This document shows, one piece after another, positions 1 to 13,755 of a stretch of DNA of 64,000 bases. The notes beneath the pieces were generated by a model. It was not told where the DNA came from. It made no database searches and worked only from the letters and a program-made list of their open reading frames with translations. The DNA is taken from the NCBI GenBank assembly GCA_023334545.1, contig JAADVB010000021.1, positions 61,423-125,422 on the forward strand, given 5' to 3'. The position numbers and the translations under genes were made by a program. The stretch is from Salisapilia sapeloensis CBS 127946 (taxonomy: Eukaryota > Protista > Oomycota). The first letter of the stretch is position 1, and every line of letters begins with the position of its first letter.

Positions 1-764
1 TGCTCGAAAGAGCCAAACGCGAGAAAGTGCGGCAAGCAAAGCGGCATCAAGCAGCAGGAAAGATTCAGTCGGTTGCTAGAGGTTACCTAGGAAGAGTCCG
101 CGTCAAACAGACCCAGCAGCGTATCGAACGAGAGCGCAACGCCCGTACTAAAGAGATGGAAGAGCAATTAGCGACAGCTGAAGCCAAGCTTAAGGAGGCC
201 TTGTCGGAACAGGAGACTGCTGCTGCGGAAGAAGCTGCAGACAACTGGGTCGAGTACTGGGACGAAAGCGCCCAAACATCGTACTTTTACAATATTAAAA
301 CGCAAGAAGCAACGTGGACGCGACCTACATGCTGGGGACCTGCGGACACGACAATGGACACTTCTGCTAGTGCGAATGCGACGGAATACGCCTATCAGAC
401 AGTTCCCGTCATGTCCATGCCAAGCCTGCAGTACTATACAAGCTACTTCCAGCCGCAGCCGATGATCCTCCCCTCGTTCATGATGCCGCAAGCATACGCT
501 GACAACTTTGGTTACTACGACCCGATGGGCCAGTACCATTACTACAACGAAGCCCAAGCGTTCAATAGCAGCTACTACCTGCCTACGATGACAAACCCAG
601 CAGCAGACGCCTACACGGATCAAAGCCTGTCGTACGAGACGACAGAAGGGAGTGAGATTCCTGTCGATGCAGCGACGGACCAGCCGTGGCAGCAGTACTA
701 TGACGAGCACACTGGCGCAGCCTACTACTACAATCGCGAGACTGGTGAAAACTACTGGGCCTAG
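1..764 (+). CDS. 3' part of an IQ-motif + WW-domain protein (5' end outside window)
   Basis: IQ-like AAGKIQSVARGYLGRVR; two WW domains NWVEYWDESAQTSYFYNIKTQEATWTRP and PWQQYYDEHTGAAYYYNRETGENYW; frame open from the window start, TAG ending at 764. Confidence 0.8.
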   Translation, partial: LERAKREKVRQAKRHQAAGKIQSVARGYLGRVRVKQTQQRIERERNARTKEMEEQLATAEAKLKEALSEQETAAAEEAADNWVEYWDESAQTSYFYNIKTQEATWTRPTCWGPADTTMDTSASANATEYAYQTVPVMSMPSLQYYTSYFQPQPMILPSFMMPQAYADNFGYYDPMGQYHYYNEAQAFNSSYYLPTMTNPAADAYTDQSLSYETTEGSEIPVDAATDQPWQQYYDEHTGAAYYYNRETGENYWA

Positions 765-831
765 AATTGCGAATCAAAGCCACACTTTATATATTAGCTT
801 TCTGCCTCGAGCTCTTGCTTTCTCTGCATAT

Positions 832-3126
832 TCATAAACTATCGTCCGACAGATCAAAATTCGACTGATCCAACGACTGCTGATTCGGCTCGATACTGCT
901 GTAGGACTGGTCAAGATTCAGCATACGCGCGACGGGCTCCGTGTGCATCGGCGAAGAGTCTTTCGTCGTCGACAGAAGCGATTCTTGAAATGCCTTCGTG
1001 ATCATCTCTCCCGCTAGTGCATCCTCGGCATCGTACGCTAGTGCCTACTCGCCATGACAAAGATCAGCATCTTACTATGAATGCAAAGAAGAAAGAGACG
1101 TACCGAATGGTAGCAATCGATGGCTTGGTCCAGATTACCCTGCAGATGGTATGTGAATCCCAACGCAGAGTGTGCTGACGCCTACAGTGCACAGCACATA
1201 AGACGATTGCAACAACTAAATCTAAGTAAAAAAGCGTCCGTACGTTGGTGGGGGCATAGTATAGCGCTCGCGTAAAGGACCGTATCGCCTGATCAAACTT
1301 CCTACAGCAACAAAATAAGACCACAAGTCACCAAGTAAAGCAGATTCAGCGCACCGTAGCTTGCGATACGAGACGCCGAGGTTGAAAAGTGTCGGTTCCC
1401 ACGCCACCATCAAATTCTACATCCATCCAAGTGCATTAGACGCATCATCTACGACGTACAAGCCAGCGAAAGGTACCGTTGGCAAATGACTACAAAGTTC
1501 CAAAGCCTTGTTGAACGAAGCAACCGCCTGGATGTAGTTGCTACAGGCAAAGTAGACGCTCCCGAGCTCATTATAGATGAGCGGATCAGTCGGACACAGC
1601 TCCTTTGCTTTATTCAAACAGTCCTGAGCTTCAAGAAGCGAGTCTGTGCGTCGATGCTCCATGCCCAAGTACAAATGGACGAGATGATTCGCCGGGAAGA
1701 GCTTCGCAGCTATTCGGTAGCACCCCACTGCCTGGTCGCTATCCTTTTGTGCTGCAAATGCGTTGCCGAATCCAACCCACGCAGGCGCATAAGAAGCGTC
1801 CATCGTAGTCGCTTTATAAAAATAGTGCTGCGCCTCGTCCATCTTGTCGGCCAGCAGGTAGTAACACCCGACGCTGTACCACGTACTACCCTCCTTCGGG
1901 TACGTATCCACCTACACAGCGTCATTAGACCAAGCCACTTATACTAGGCAGGAGGAACGTACCAACTCATGTGCATAGTGATACAGATTCTGCTTTTGTT
2001 TGAGCACAAACATGCTGCCGACGTAGACAGTTATGATGTGAGGGTTGTACGGATCCTGCCGTCGCACTCGTTCACATACTTCCAGACTCTGATCGAACTG
2101 CTGCTGACAGTACAAGGTCTCTGCTTTCGCCACCGCCTAGTCAAACGAGATAAGAGCTGCATCTATGAGATAGCTGTACTGACAACGTACCAAGTCGAGG
2201 TTCTGCTGCAGACCGAGCTTATCGTCGATACTAGAGAACTTGTCGTCAACAGAGACATTCGCATCGTACTTGCCAATGTAGGATGCGTACAAGTCCTTGA
2301 GCATGCCTGTTTCATCTTTGGCAAAGTGGAGCGACCGCATTAACTGCTTCTCATCTACTGCCGTTAAGACCTGCTTTTCCACGAGACGAAAGAAAGCTTC
2401 CGAGCACCGGACATCACATCTAATCGATGCTTTCCAGTACGTCGTCGCTTTCTCCAGATGACCAGCAGCTTCATACGCGTCGGCGATCACAAGCGCTAAG
2501 GACGCAACGACATTGACTTCACTGTCCTGTACCTGATCAAACTGCTTGCTCATCTCTTCCACGCCGTCCTCCGTACTCGGCAAGAGAGATCCGACGTATT
2601 CTAAATACTCTTCATGGTCGTCCGTCGCCAGCATACACTGACCGAGCAGTAGGAACGCATCAAGCGCCGTCTTGTCCAGCGTCGTCCTCGTCTGTAAGCT
2701 TAGCAATGGAGACTTTTGTAGTAACGCAATGGCTCGCTTGTATTGCTTCTCCCAGTAGCAGCACTCGATGAACAGCAGCTCATCCTGTGCCGACTGCGGC
2801 GCGAGCGATGCCAATTTATCTGCGTAGAAGAGTGCAGAGCCAAAGTGGCGTTTACGTAGACACGAGTGTGTGAGCTGACGAAGAGAGTGGATGGGGCGGA
2901 CAGAGCCACTGGGCGAAGCGCTCCTCCTAGGCGCTGCCACCATGGGCTTGGTGGTGACGAGGTCCGAGGACGGCACAACATTCGAGTGGTCTCGGTTCTC
3001 TCTATTGGCAAGCGGCGGTATATCCTCACGGCGCTTAATACGTTTGCCGACCATTATTCGATCTTCCTGGACAATTCTCCGGCGCTTATGGCTCGCCTCC
3101 GTCTCCACTGGCGCGTCTCTTACCAT
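832..3126 (-). CDS. CDC16: Anaphase-promoting complex subunit 6 (CDC16), TPR protein, multi-exon
   Basis: Successive minus-strand ORFs give STWYSVGCYYLL, AQHYFYKATTMDASYAPAWVGFGNAFA, DPLIYNELG and WEPTLFNLG, typical of APC6; joined by short GT-AG introns; last exon ends SDDSL-TGA at 832-834; start ATG uncertain. Confidence 0.88.
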
Positions 3127-3403
3127 AGTATTCTCTCGGAACGTTGGCCCTTCCACAAAAACGATCCGTTACACGCTCACAGGCGTTTCTCTCGTCGTCC
3201 CAAATAAGGTCTCAAGGAAGACGAAGAGCTAGCAAGCACTCGAAGCACTCGGCCAAGGAGTCGACTCCCGATGTTGTCCGATTTACAATCCAGACCCACA
3301 AGCTTACAATTCTGCACATGATCAGAGTGGTATTTTATGACTTTTCGACACAAGAGACGTGTCTCCCGCACATCAGCACATCATAAGTCGCGAAGAAGAA
3401 AAG

Positions 3404-4025
3404 ATGAAGGTCGAGTCGTTACCAGATCTCGTTGCTGCCGTCGAAGACGTGCTACGAAAGCAACCAGAGCTACCTCTCAAAAGCAAGACTGAGCTACGCC
3501 AACTTTTAGAGTATTTAGCATGTATGAAACTAGCCTACTGCCTTGGTACTCATTGCTGCCTGCAGAGCCTACTCGGGCGACTTGGAAGAACTCGCGTCGT
3601 TTGCTCACTTTGACTATTCACGCAACTATACTCGCAACTTGATCTCGACGGATAATGAGACCTACGCACTCATGCTCTTGTGCTGGAACCGCGGAAAATA
3701 CAGCCCCATCCATGACCATCCGTGCAATGGCTGCTGGGTCAAGCACATCCAAGGCCGTGTCAATGAGGTGCGTTACGTCCGGTCGGAAGATGGAAAGCTG
3801 GCGGAAGCAGCCAATGACGTCATCACGTCCGGCGTCTCGTACATGGACGACTCGCTCGGTCTGCACAAGATTGGCAACCCGGATGCCGATATGGATGCCA
3901 TCACACTCCACCTGTACTCGCCTCCGTACGAAAAGTGCCGCATCTGGCTTGACCCAGAAGACGCCGACAAGAGCTCTGTTGCTGTCTCGAACTACTACTC
4001 GGAGTTTGGTGAGATTACCGGATAA
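3404..4025 (+). CDS. CDO1: Cysteine dioxygenase type I (one intron at ~3522-3575)
   Basis: Cupin motifs SPIHDHPCNGCWVK, LHKIGN and TLHLYSPPY; Fe-binding His triad and Cys/Tyr cross-link residues present. Confidence 0.92.
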
Positions 4026-4512
4026 CCGAAATGCACATCCCACGTCTGTTTTCTCCTTGTCCTCGTTTCCTTATCTGCCATCATATGCAAGTTTAGCTTG
4101 CTATAATATATACTTGGCTGCACTACGATACAATTAAGCTGTTTCTCCTGCAACTGAATGCAGCATGAAGAGATAGGTGCTCATATAAGAAAAAATCGTC
4201 CTTCTGCGGTTGTATGTCTGATGACATCCGACAATTCTAGCTCCTTGTCTTTTATCCTCAAAAGATGACGTGTAGATTCTATTCCTACGACTTGATACTG
4301 TGTCATACCTATAGCAATCTATAATTTGATGAATACGTTCATCTCTTCTTTTTTCTTCCAGCATTTAAACTCATGAGAAAGCGTCGTACATGTCCATTTG
4401 ACAGCAAGATGCAATACCTACGAAAGTAAATCTGTAGGATTTATTTGATGTTTTCATACCTATCTGAAAGGAACTAACATGTGCGCTACAGATCGACGGC
4501 ACGAAAAATAGT

Positions 4513-5351
4513 CTAAATGAAGCCAAAGTAACTGAGGAGTACGACGCCAAGCCAGAGGTAGGTGAACGGGATGCCCATGAACCAAAGCACAGCGCAGATG
4601 AGCAGTGTGCTTCCTCCAAAGCGAGATGCAGGCGCCTGCTCCACGTTCTCATCTCTTCCACGTCCTCCGTTCGGTCTAGTATTACAGAAAGATAAGAATG
4701 TTTGTCACGCGATACGAGCTCAAGACAAGACGTACTGTGGCTGCTGGAACGGATTCCCATTTCGGCGTCGCATGTGAGGAGGTGGTCCGCCGAAGGAAGT
4801 AAAGGTCATGCCCGGGCCGAACTGTCTGACGCGAATGCCACCGGGTCCTCCTCGCATACCATCCTGGAAAAAGACCGAGAACGGATCTTCTCCTCCAAAG
4901 AAGGCTCTGAAAAGCTCCTCGGCATCTTGCTGCTGGAAGCCGTGCATGTTCGCACCAGCCCCAGCGTTTCCGCTCGGACCGCCAGTAACAGCGTCCTTGC
5001 CGAAGCGATCATAATGACTTCGCTTGCTCTCATCCGACAGCACAGCGTACGCCTACAGAGTAATAACTAGCTTCTCAGTACTTGTATATGGTACACAAGG
5101 TATAATAAAGAGTTATACCTCTCCAATTTCCTTAAACTTCTTCTCCGCCGCTTCCTTATCGTCCGGATTCTTGTCTAGAAGGTGTCGTCGAGGAAGGAAT
5201 GAGAATCTAATCGGCAAAACACTCACTTGGAAATACTCTACGTACCTGGATGATGGCGTACAGCTAGCTTCCGATACGCCTTCTTAATCTCGTCACCAGT
5301 CGCCGTCTCACTCACCTGCAGCACCTCATAATACGTCGTGTCGACTGCCAT
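4513..5351 (-). CDS. J-domain (DnaJ/Hsp40) protein with G/F-rich region and C-terminal membrane anchor, multi-exon
   Basis: [35 protein letters not shown] then D across an intron (HPD); [14 protein letters not shown]; F-G-rich linker; last exon [34 protein letters not shown]. Confidence 0.88.
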
Positions 5352-5578
5352 CGTCCCGCTCGGCGACGAGTGTCTCGAGTTGTGTCCAGTGGCAATACGT
5401 GTTTTATTCGTGGCATCTTGTAAACGTCCGCTGACATAAAAACGCGTCTTCTCATAAACTGCCACCGCGCTTTCCGCCGCACAACCACAAAACAGCACTG
5501 ATCGAACCGCCGGGAGCGCATACAAATATGATGGTAGGCTCCTTCCAATGCTACCGATGCACACATACCTAAACGTCT

Positions 5579-5965
5579 ATGCAGTCCATGTTGATGAAAG
5601 GAGCGCGTACGACTACGCAGGTGGCCCGCAAGGGTGCCCGTCAGATGTCCTCTGCTACGGAAGAAGAGGCCAAGTGTACGTTTCATCTCGCTTTTCAAAT
5701 ACAAATACAAAGATCTTACGTATGCAATATGAAAACAGCTCAGATGGAGCGATGGACCATGATCTCTAAGGGCATGATGGGTCTCGTCGGTGCCTTCACG
5801 GTCTTCCAGATTTTCGCGCACGGACACGAACACCATGAGCCTGCCCCCGAGTACACGTACCTCAAGCTTCGCAACAAGCCGTTCCCGTGGGAAGTCTCGG
5901 ACTGCGACCTGTTGGACTTTGAGTGCAAGAGGAAGGTCCGTGAGGCCAAGGAGGCGATGGAATAA
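5579..5965 (+). CDS. COX6A: Cytochrome c oxidase subunit 6A-like, mitochondrial (intron 5676-5738)
   Basis: Mitochondrial presequence-like N-terminus, single TM helix, His-rich HEHHE and YLKLRNKPFPW motif typical of COX VIa. Confidence 0.8.
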   Translation: MQSMLMKGARTTTQVARKGARQMSSATEEEAKCTFHLAFQIQIQRSYVCNMKTAQMERWTMISKGMMGLVGAFTVFQIFAHGHEHHEPAPEYTYLKLRNKPFPWEVSDCDLLDFECKRKVREAKEAME

Positions 5966-6927
5966 GCAGACTTTTTTCTTGACAATCAAGTCCACTCGGA
6001 GTCTTGCCTTTAAAGCAACAGGATGAAATTGAACAAGACTCATGTTTCTCTTGATATAAAAGTAATTCTGGGTACTGGTACGATTGGCATCGACGCAGGT
6101 ATGGGCTCTTACAAGGTACTTGTAGTCGTGCTGAATGTCATTCGCAAGAGTTGCTTCTATGGTCGTTTGATGCTCAAAAGCGCATGTGTATGCCGTATGA
6201 AGAGGCTATTCTTGTCCATACCGACTGCCATGCTTACCTTGTACGTCGTAGATGCGATTCCGCTGATCTCTGTGCGTTATCTGAATCTTTGTAGCTAGAG
6301 TATAGCTGTTCGTTTGCCAAGCTAGACTGGCAATTAGCTCACACTCTTCTCCTGCCGAATAGCTCCGCCAGGACAAGATGTATGCGCAACTCCAAGACCA
6401 CCGTCTGGACGGATCCTGCACAAATTCGCATGGGCTGAAAGGAATTGCGCAATGACGCCCGATGTATCCGGTGTCATAAACATAGAACAGACTAGAACTG
6501 AGCCAAAGGCTGCTTGGACTCGTACGTGTTCCGATTGCACCGGACCAACAGACACTGCAGTATTCAAGCAGAGCTTGCAAAAAAACCGTACAAAATAAAA
6601 ATAAAAGTTCATTCGAATCAGATAACTCTTCACTCCACTCGTCCTACCTCCATGCATTATATCTTCAAAACGCTCGCACTAGTTCTATCCATCCATATCA
6701 ATACACAAATCCTGTCCATCACTACCATAGCTATAGCAATATCAGCGTCCAAACATCGTCCGAAACCGTAGTATCAGATCCAATCGACATCTAGTTCTTG
6801 TGGGCGGTACACCTTGTCATACTCTTGTTGCTAGGGTTACAAGTCCAGCCGGTGAAATTGCGCAAACCATCCTACTAAATCCACATCTACTCATCACTAT
6901 TCTCCTATCCAAACCCCTCTCTCATGA

Positions 6928-8589
<1,662 letters not shown>

Positions 8590-8684
8590 GCTCGATTAGG
8601 TTGACTCTAGCATAAGAAGCTACGAATACATAGGTCTGTTTCCAAAATCCTTGTGCTTGTCGTAGAGAAAAGTCTATTGATGTT

Positions 8685-10971
8685 TTATTCGGTCTTGGAA
8701 GCACTCTTCTTACTGCTCGATCGACGCAAAGTCGATCCCTTGCTTGCTCCTTCCTCTTCATTCGAACCGCCGAGAGACTCGGACAGCTCCGGCTGGATCT
8801 GACCCGTCACTTCCAGAATGTCTTTGCACTGGTCGATCCACTCCACGAGCTGCTTGAGCGAAATACGACCGTCGTTATCTTCATCCAACTGGGCAATCAG
8901 CCACTCGACGTCCTCTCGCTCATGCCGCTTTCGGAAGATCGTCAGTACCGCGTCTCGGAGCTCTTCCGCCGACAGTACACCGTCGCTGTCTCGATCCAAG
9001 ACGTTGAGCCTGTCGCCAACGTCCTTGTCGACCTTGTCCAGATCCACTTCCAACTTGCTCAGCATCTGCTCCAGACGCTGCATCATCCGACTCGCCGTCT
9101 TGCTCTCCCGTCGCGCCATCTTGGCACCGATGCGTCCCGCCGCGAGCTGCTCTTCCACATCCATCTCTGTCTTGCTCTTCAGAAGCTGATCTAACGCCGC
9201 TCGTTCTCGACTCACGATACTCTTCGACGCAAGGGACTCGAGCGTACTCAGCTCTTCCAACGTCACGATGTTCTCAATTGACTTGGACTCCTCCGTCTTC
9301 TCCTCCACTGATGTAATCTCCGGCGCGTCCTCTGCACTTCCATCCATCGCGACGCTCGTGACCTCTTCCTCTGCCTGTGCATCCTCCCCGTCCTCCTTCT
9401 TCTTTCCTTCCTCTCGGAACTTTTCTTCATCTGCAATCATCTCGTTCTGGTATCGAATGTTCTCAAGACGACGCTCACGCAGCTCCCGACTCTCCTCCTT
9501 GCTACTAGGTGCCGACAGCGCCACTTCAGTCACGAGCTCTTCATCTAGACTAGACATACTCGTCGCGAGCATCTCCTCCACGCTCTCCGTCGACGCAGTG
9601 ATGTTAAACGCGCGAGACATCAAGAGTAGAGATGCAGGAACGTTTTTGTTGATGCTCAAGTCCAGCCACTGGCGCATCTGACGCAAGTACCCGGCCTTGG
9701 TCAGCCCCGTCGCGCGCATGCCTCGCTCCATGCACGCCTGTCGGAGCTCTTCCTTGTTCAGATCCTCCAGACCTTCCCAGATAATGTCCTGGTCATCGTT
9801 CTTGAGCTGTCGAACGCGATTCCGGAGCTGGAAACGAAGGATGCTGTCGTTACCGTACGGCTGGATGCCCATGAACCTACACAAACCCACGAGCTGCGGA
9901 CGAGAGATGTTATCGAGCATCAACTCGTCGTTAAAGAGCTTGGCGATCTTTAACGTCTCGTCGGCCGATAATACTTCGCCCTTCTGCGCACGCTCAACGA
10001 AGCTCACGACTTCCTTGGCCGTCGCGCGACGCTCTTCCGGGACACTGTCACTGTCCCGCGTGTCCTGCATCACCTCCTTCACCGTCTCCTGCATGAACTC
10101 GGCGAGAGACACTCGGAGCTGCAGCTGACGCTTCATGTCTTCCTCTCTCTGGTACGCGTCCTTAAAAGTACTCGGGAGCATGTTCGGGAAGAGCTTGAGG
10201 GCTACTGGCAACAGAGCTTCCATGAAAGGAACGATCAGGAAGAAGGAGAACGGGATCAGACGCAAGAGATCCACGACCGTCCGACGCAGCTGCTTGCGTT
10301 CTCGACGAGAGATCACGTGGCCTTGCAAGAGACGTCGGACGATACGACTGCACGTCGTCACGTCAGCCCACAAAAGCTTGGATCCGAGCCAGTAGTGACG
10401 CGCCTCCTTCTTGATCATCTCCTTTTGCTTGATCAGCCACGCCTTCACCCGCGGTGGGTCCGTCACGATGAGAGACAAGGCATGTGCGACGGTCCGAACG
10501 CCGTTCATAGCCATCTCAGGCGTTCGTTTCGCAAAGCCTAGCGCGCGTTCTGACAACCGAGGGATGTCATTCTCCAAGTCATCGACTCGAATCAACCTTC
10601 GCTCGCCTCCTTTCTCCAATGCCGACTCGAGCTTCTTCTCCTATCATCTTGTGAGATGAGAATGATACAAGATCATCTAGTATAAAACCTACTTGAGCTT
10701 TGATCTTAGTACGTCGACGTCGAGCTGCCTGGATCTTCTTCTTTGCAGCTGCAGCGTCAGCCTGTGCCAACGGCGTGTTCTTAGCATTGCTCGTCGCAAA
10801 GTGCCGAGCAAAGGCGAGTGTCGTGGACGGGTACTCTTTCGCCAAAGGCATTAATGCTGGCGTCGATGACCTATCCTGTGAAGACGTCGGCGGTTGCAAC
10901 GCAGACAGCGCATAGTGCTGCCTCGGCTGCATGGCCGGTCGGAGGACTCGTCTCACGCCGATACGAAGCAT
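8685..10971 (-). CDS. LETM1: LETM1/MDM38-like mitochondrial inner-membrane protein with C-terminal EF-hands (intron ~10640-10690)
   Basis: HYWLGSKLLWADV, RRERKQLRRTVVDLLRLIPFSFFLIVPFMEALLPVALKLFPNMLPSTF, EELRQACMERGM; EF-hands DRDSDGVLSAEEL and DEDNDGRISLKQL; presequence-like exon 1. Confidence 0.93.
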
Positions 10972-11044
10972 GCGTGTTAAGTAGACGGAATATGTGGTTG
11001 TGACCCTCGAGCCTCCATCGCATACTTTATCCTAGTCAGTAGGA

Positions 11045-13708
11045 ATGACCGTCCGAATGGAGTACAAATGGAGACGAGACCTCCAGTGGCCTGCTGTGCG
11101 AGGGCAGCGAGTACTAGACGCTGCTCTAGATCCTCCACATGACTATGGATTGGAGACATGTACCACGACACCTGGGCATGTCGCGATTGTCCTGCGATTA
11201 AAAAATGACAAGCAAAGATCGACTGCTGGTACTGCTCAAGATACGCCTCGCGTCGTCTTCGTACTGGACGCTGTGCCGCCTTCGAAACCAGTTGCGAATG
11301 AGCCTCTATCAGGGGGATTCGCTGGACTGCGTACGACAGGCCAAACGGCCGTCGACGAGCTACGTATCGTCCAGGAGCTCTTCGCGACATCCAAAATAGG
11401 CAAAGAAGGTGTTGTTATCGCCAAGAGCCCGCTGCTATGCGCTCGCTTCGACTGTCCGATCGTCTCTCTTCGTTTCATCCAGTCGTCTCCTTCCTCCAAC
11501 TCTAACACGAAAACTTCGTCATCGTCGCTGCGATGCCTCGTTGCCCGTCAAGACGGTTTGGCATACATCTGGGAGTGGAGTAGCGACTTGTATCAGTGGA
11601 CGTACCTGAACAAGCTCAGCTTCCTCTCGAATCCAAACCTCCGATGGACACGACCAGTGGAAATGTTCACCACGACGACCGATAGACCTTTTGCAGGAGA
11701 CGCACTGGAGCTCTCGTGGTGGTCTCGAGAGTCACGTGCCGAGCCAAAGCTGTGCTTCCGTCAAGTCCATTTCGATCAGGATCCTACTACGTTCCGGACT
11801 GAAATCTCCGTCGGAGCTGCTTTCTCCACGGACGTAACCAACGTCAAGCACTTGGAAAGCAGTTCCATCGGACTTTGGATCGTCTCGGCCTCATCTGGCA
11901 TTCACTTTCGTGGTGCTGGTTCGCTTCGTATCATATCGCTACCATGGAAACATGTGCTAGAGACTCCAAAGTACGACCCATCTCTCTTCTTTTGCGCTCA
12001 TAACGTGACGGGAGAGCTTCTTATTATTTCTCCTGCCACAGGTCACGTAACTATCGTGCAGCTGAAGCGTGCAGAGAGACTCTTGCAAGCCGAGTCTTTG
12101 CTTTCGTTAAAGGAATGGCAGCGTAAAACCTCTGGCTCCATCCTGTCTGTGAAAGCTCATCGCCACATGCTCCTCGTCTTGTACGCCACGAGACTGGGCG
12201 TTTATAGTCTCGCCACTGGTGATCGACTGACTTGCCTCGACCTGCCTTCTTCTTCTCCAGAGACACCCTGGAGTCTATTGACCACAACCGGTTGTGCCAG
12301 TACTGCCGCCGTCTTCTCTCCGACGACATTCAGCTTCCTCCAGACTCCTCCTGCGAAAGACTTAGCCAAACACCATGAACAAAAGCTACAGAACACCTCT
12401 GCTGCGTTCAGCGTCATCCACTCCTACGGTCCGTCAGGCAAGTTTGAAACCTCCAAGTACGCTCTCCAAGGCATGCAAGAGAGCAATGGGAATGTCCCGG
12501 AGCCTATCCAGCAAGTAGCTACAGAGTCTATTGTCAGTCCTGCTCTCTTCCTCTCATCCGATTCTTCCGCTGCGTCTCAGTGGCAACTGGCTGATGACAT
12601 GTCTAGACTGGTGCTGTATATCTACCGTATCGCTCATGACATTCTCGTCACGGGAAGAATCGGGTCTAGTTTAGATAAAGGGAGTGCCAAGACCACCACT
12701 GGCGTTCAACACTTGACACCAGCAAACCTCGAGACGCTGCATCGTCTTGCCGATTGGATCTACCTCAGTCGACAGCAGCAAGCTCAGCTCAATACAAAGA
12801 ATTATGTGGAGAGCTTGGAGGCAGGCAACGACCGCAACGTTGAGCTGTCTTTTAGTCCGGTCGAAGCGGATTTTAAAGGAGACTTGCGTCTGCGTAACAT
12901 ATCCAGTCTCGATTTTTCCTCTGGCGTCTTATCTCCAGAGCATGCAGATCGTTGGCTGGCGCAATTGGAGATGGCGCTACTTGGCGACAGCACTTTCAAG
13001 CACAGCCACAAGGCTAATGGCATCCATGCGCCGAGTCCTCTGCTCTTTCATGATGAAAGAGTCTTGGCAGATTTCCACGGCACAGTCTCTTCCTTCTCGA
13101 AACAAATGTACATGGAGAGTCTGAGTCGTCTATACCTGCTAAAAGAACCAGAGCACCTTGTCCAGTTCGTACAGCACATGGCTTCTCGTAGTCCTCGTCT
13201 CTTTAACCTTTTGAAAAAAGCTCCGCTTACCCGTTCGTACTCCGAACGAGCGCTCTTGCTACTACCACCTCCATCTAAACTTGCAGAAGCTCCTGATGGA
13301 AAGAATGTCAATCAGCTACTAGCTTATGCTGATTTGCTCTGCAATTGTGGCTTCTTCCTCGAAGCTAGTCATGAGCTCTTGCGTTGGGATCTATATGAGC
13401 AATGTCGTGATAGATTTCTACTCGACAAGGATGCAAATGCATTCCGACGAGCGAAAACGGAGCGAAAGGAAGAGGTACAAGGCACCGTGTACATTGAACT
13501 GCTAAAGTACTGTCTCCTCCATCGAGACGAAATGGCGCTACAGGAACTCCTGCCACGACGCCCTTCGCAAGTGACGCCACTCCAGGTTGTCCAGACGCTA
13601 CGAACTTGCCTCAATCAAATGGAAAAGAAATCTCAAGCCGAACCCAACAAAGTATCTGTGCGAACAGTTCGTAGCGCACTGCTGACGATGCTCAAGGCTT
13701 CAAGCTAA
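11045..13708 (+). CDS. 887 aa intronless protein, beta-propeller-like N-half plus helical C-half; possibly HPS6/BLOC-2 subunit-like
   Basis: Long single ORF from ATG; C-terminal RRPSQVTPLQVVQTLR and VSVRTVRSALLTML recall the HPS6 C-terminus from memory; family assignment is tentative, the CDS itself is well supported. Confidence 0.7.
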   Translation: MTVRMEYKWRRDLQWPAVRGQRVLDAALDPPHDYGLETCTTTPGHVAIVLRLKNDKQRSTAGTAQDTPRVVFVLDAVPPSKPVANEPLSGGFAGLRTTGQTAVDELRIVQELFATSKIGKEGVVIAKSPLLCARFDCPIVSLRFIQSSPSSNSNTKTSSSSLRCLVARQDGLAYIWEWSSDLYQWTYLNKLSFLSNPNLRWTRPVEMFTTTTDRPFAGDALELSWWSRESRAEPKLCFRQVHFDQDPTTFRTEISVGAAFSTDVTNVKHLESSSIGLWIVSASSGIHFRGAGSLRIISLPWKHVLETPKYDPSLFFCAHNVTGELLIISPATGHVTIVQLKRAERLLQAESLLSLKEWQRKTSGSILSVKAHRHMLLVLYATRLGVYSLATGDRLTCLDLPSSSPETPWSLLTTTGCASTAAVFSPTTFSFLQTPPAKDLAKHHEQKLQNTSAAFSVIHSYGPSGKFETSKYALQGMQESNGNVPEPIQQVATESIVSPALFLSSDSSAASQWQLADDMSRLVLYIYRIAHDILVTGRIGSSLDKGSAKTTTGVQHLTPANLETLHRLADWIYLSRQQQAQLNTKNYVESLEAGNDRNVELSFSPVEADFKGDLRLRNISSLDFSSGVLSPEHADRWLAQLEMALLGDSTFKHSHKANGIHAPSPLLFHDERVLADFHGTVSSFSKQMYMESLSRLYLLKEPEHLVQFVQHMASRSPRLFNLLKKAPLTRSYSERALLLLPPPSKLAEAPDGKNVNQLLAYADLLCNCGFFLEASHELLRWDLYEQCRDRFLLDKDANAFRRAKTERKEEVQGTVYIELLKYCLLHRDEMALQELLPRRPSQVTPLQVVQTLRTCLNQMEKKSQAEPNKVSVRTVRSALLTMLKASS

Positions 13709-13755
13709 ACGTGAATTGCGTAAATGAAAAAGAATTGACTTTTTGATTTGATTTG

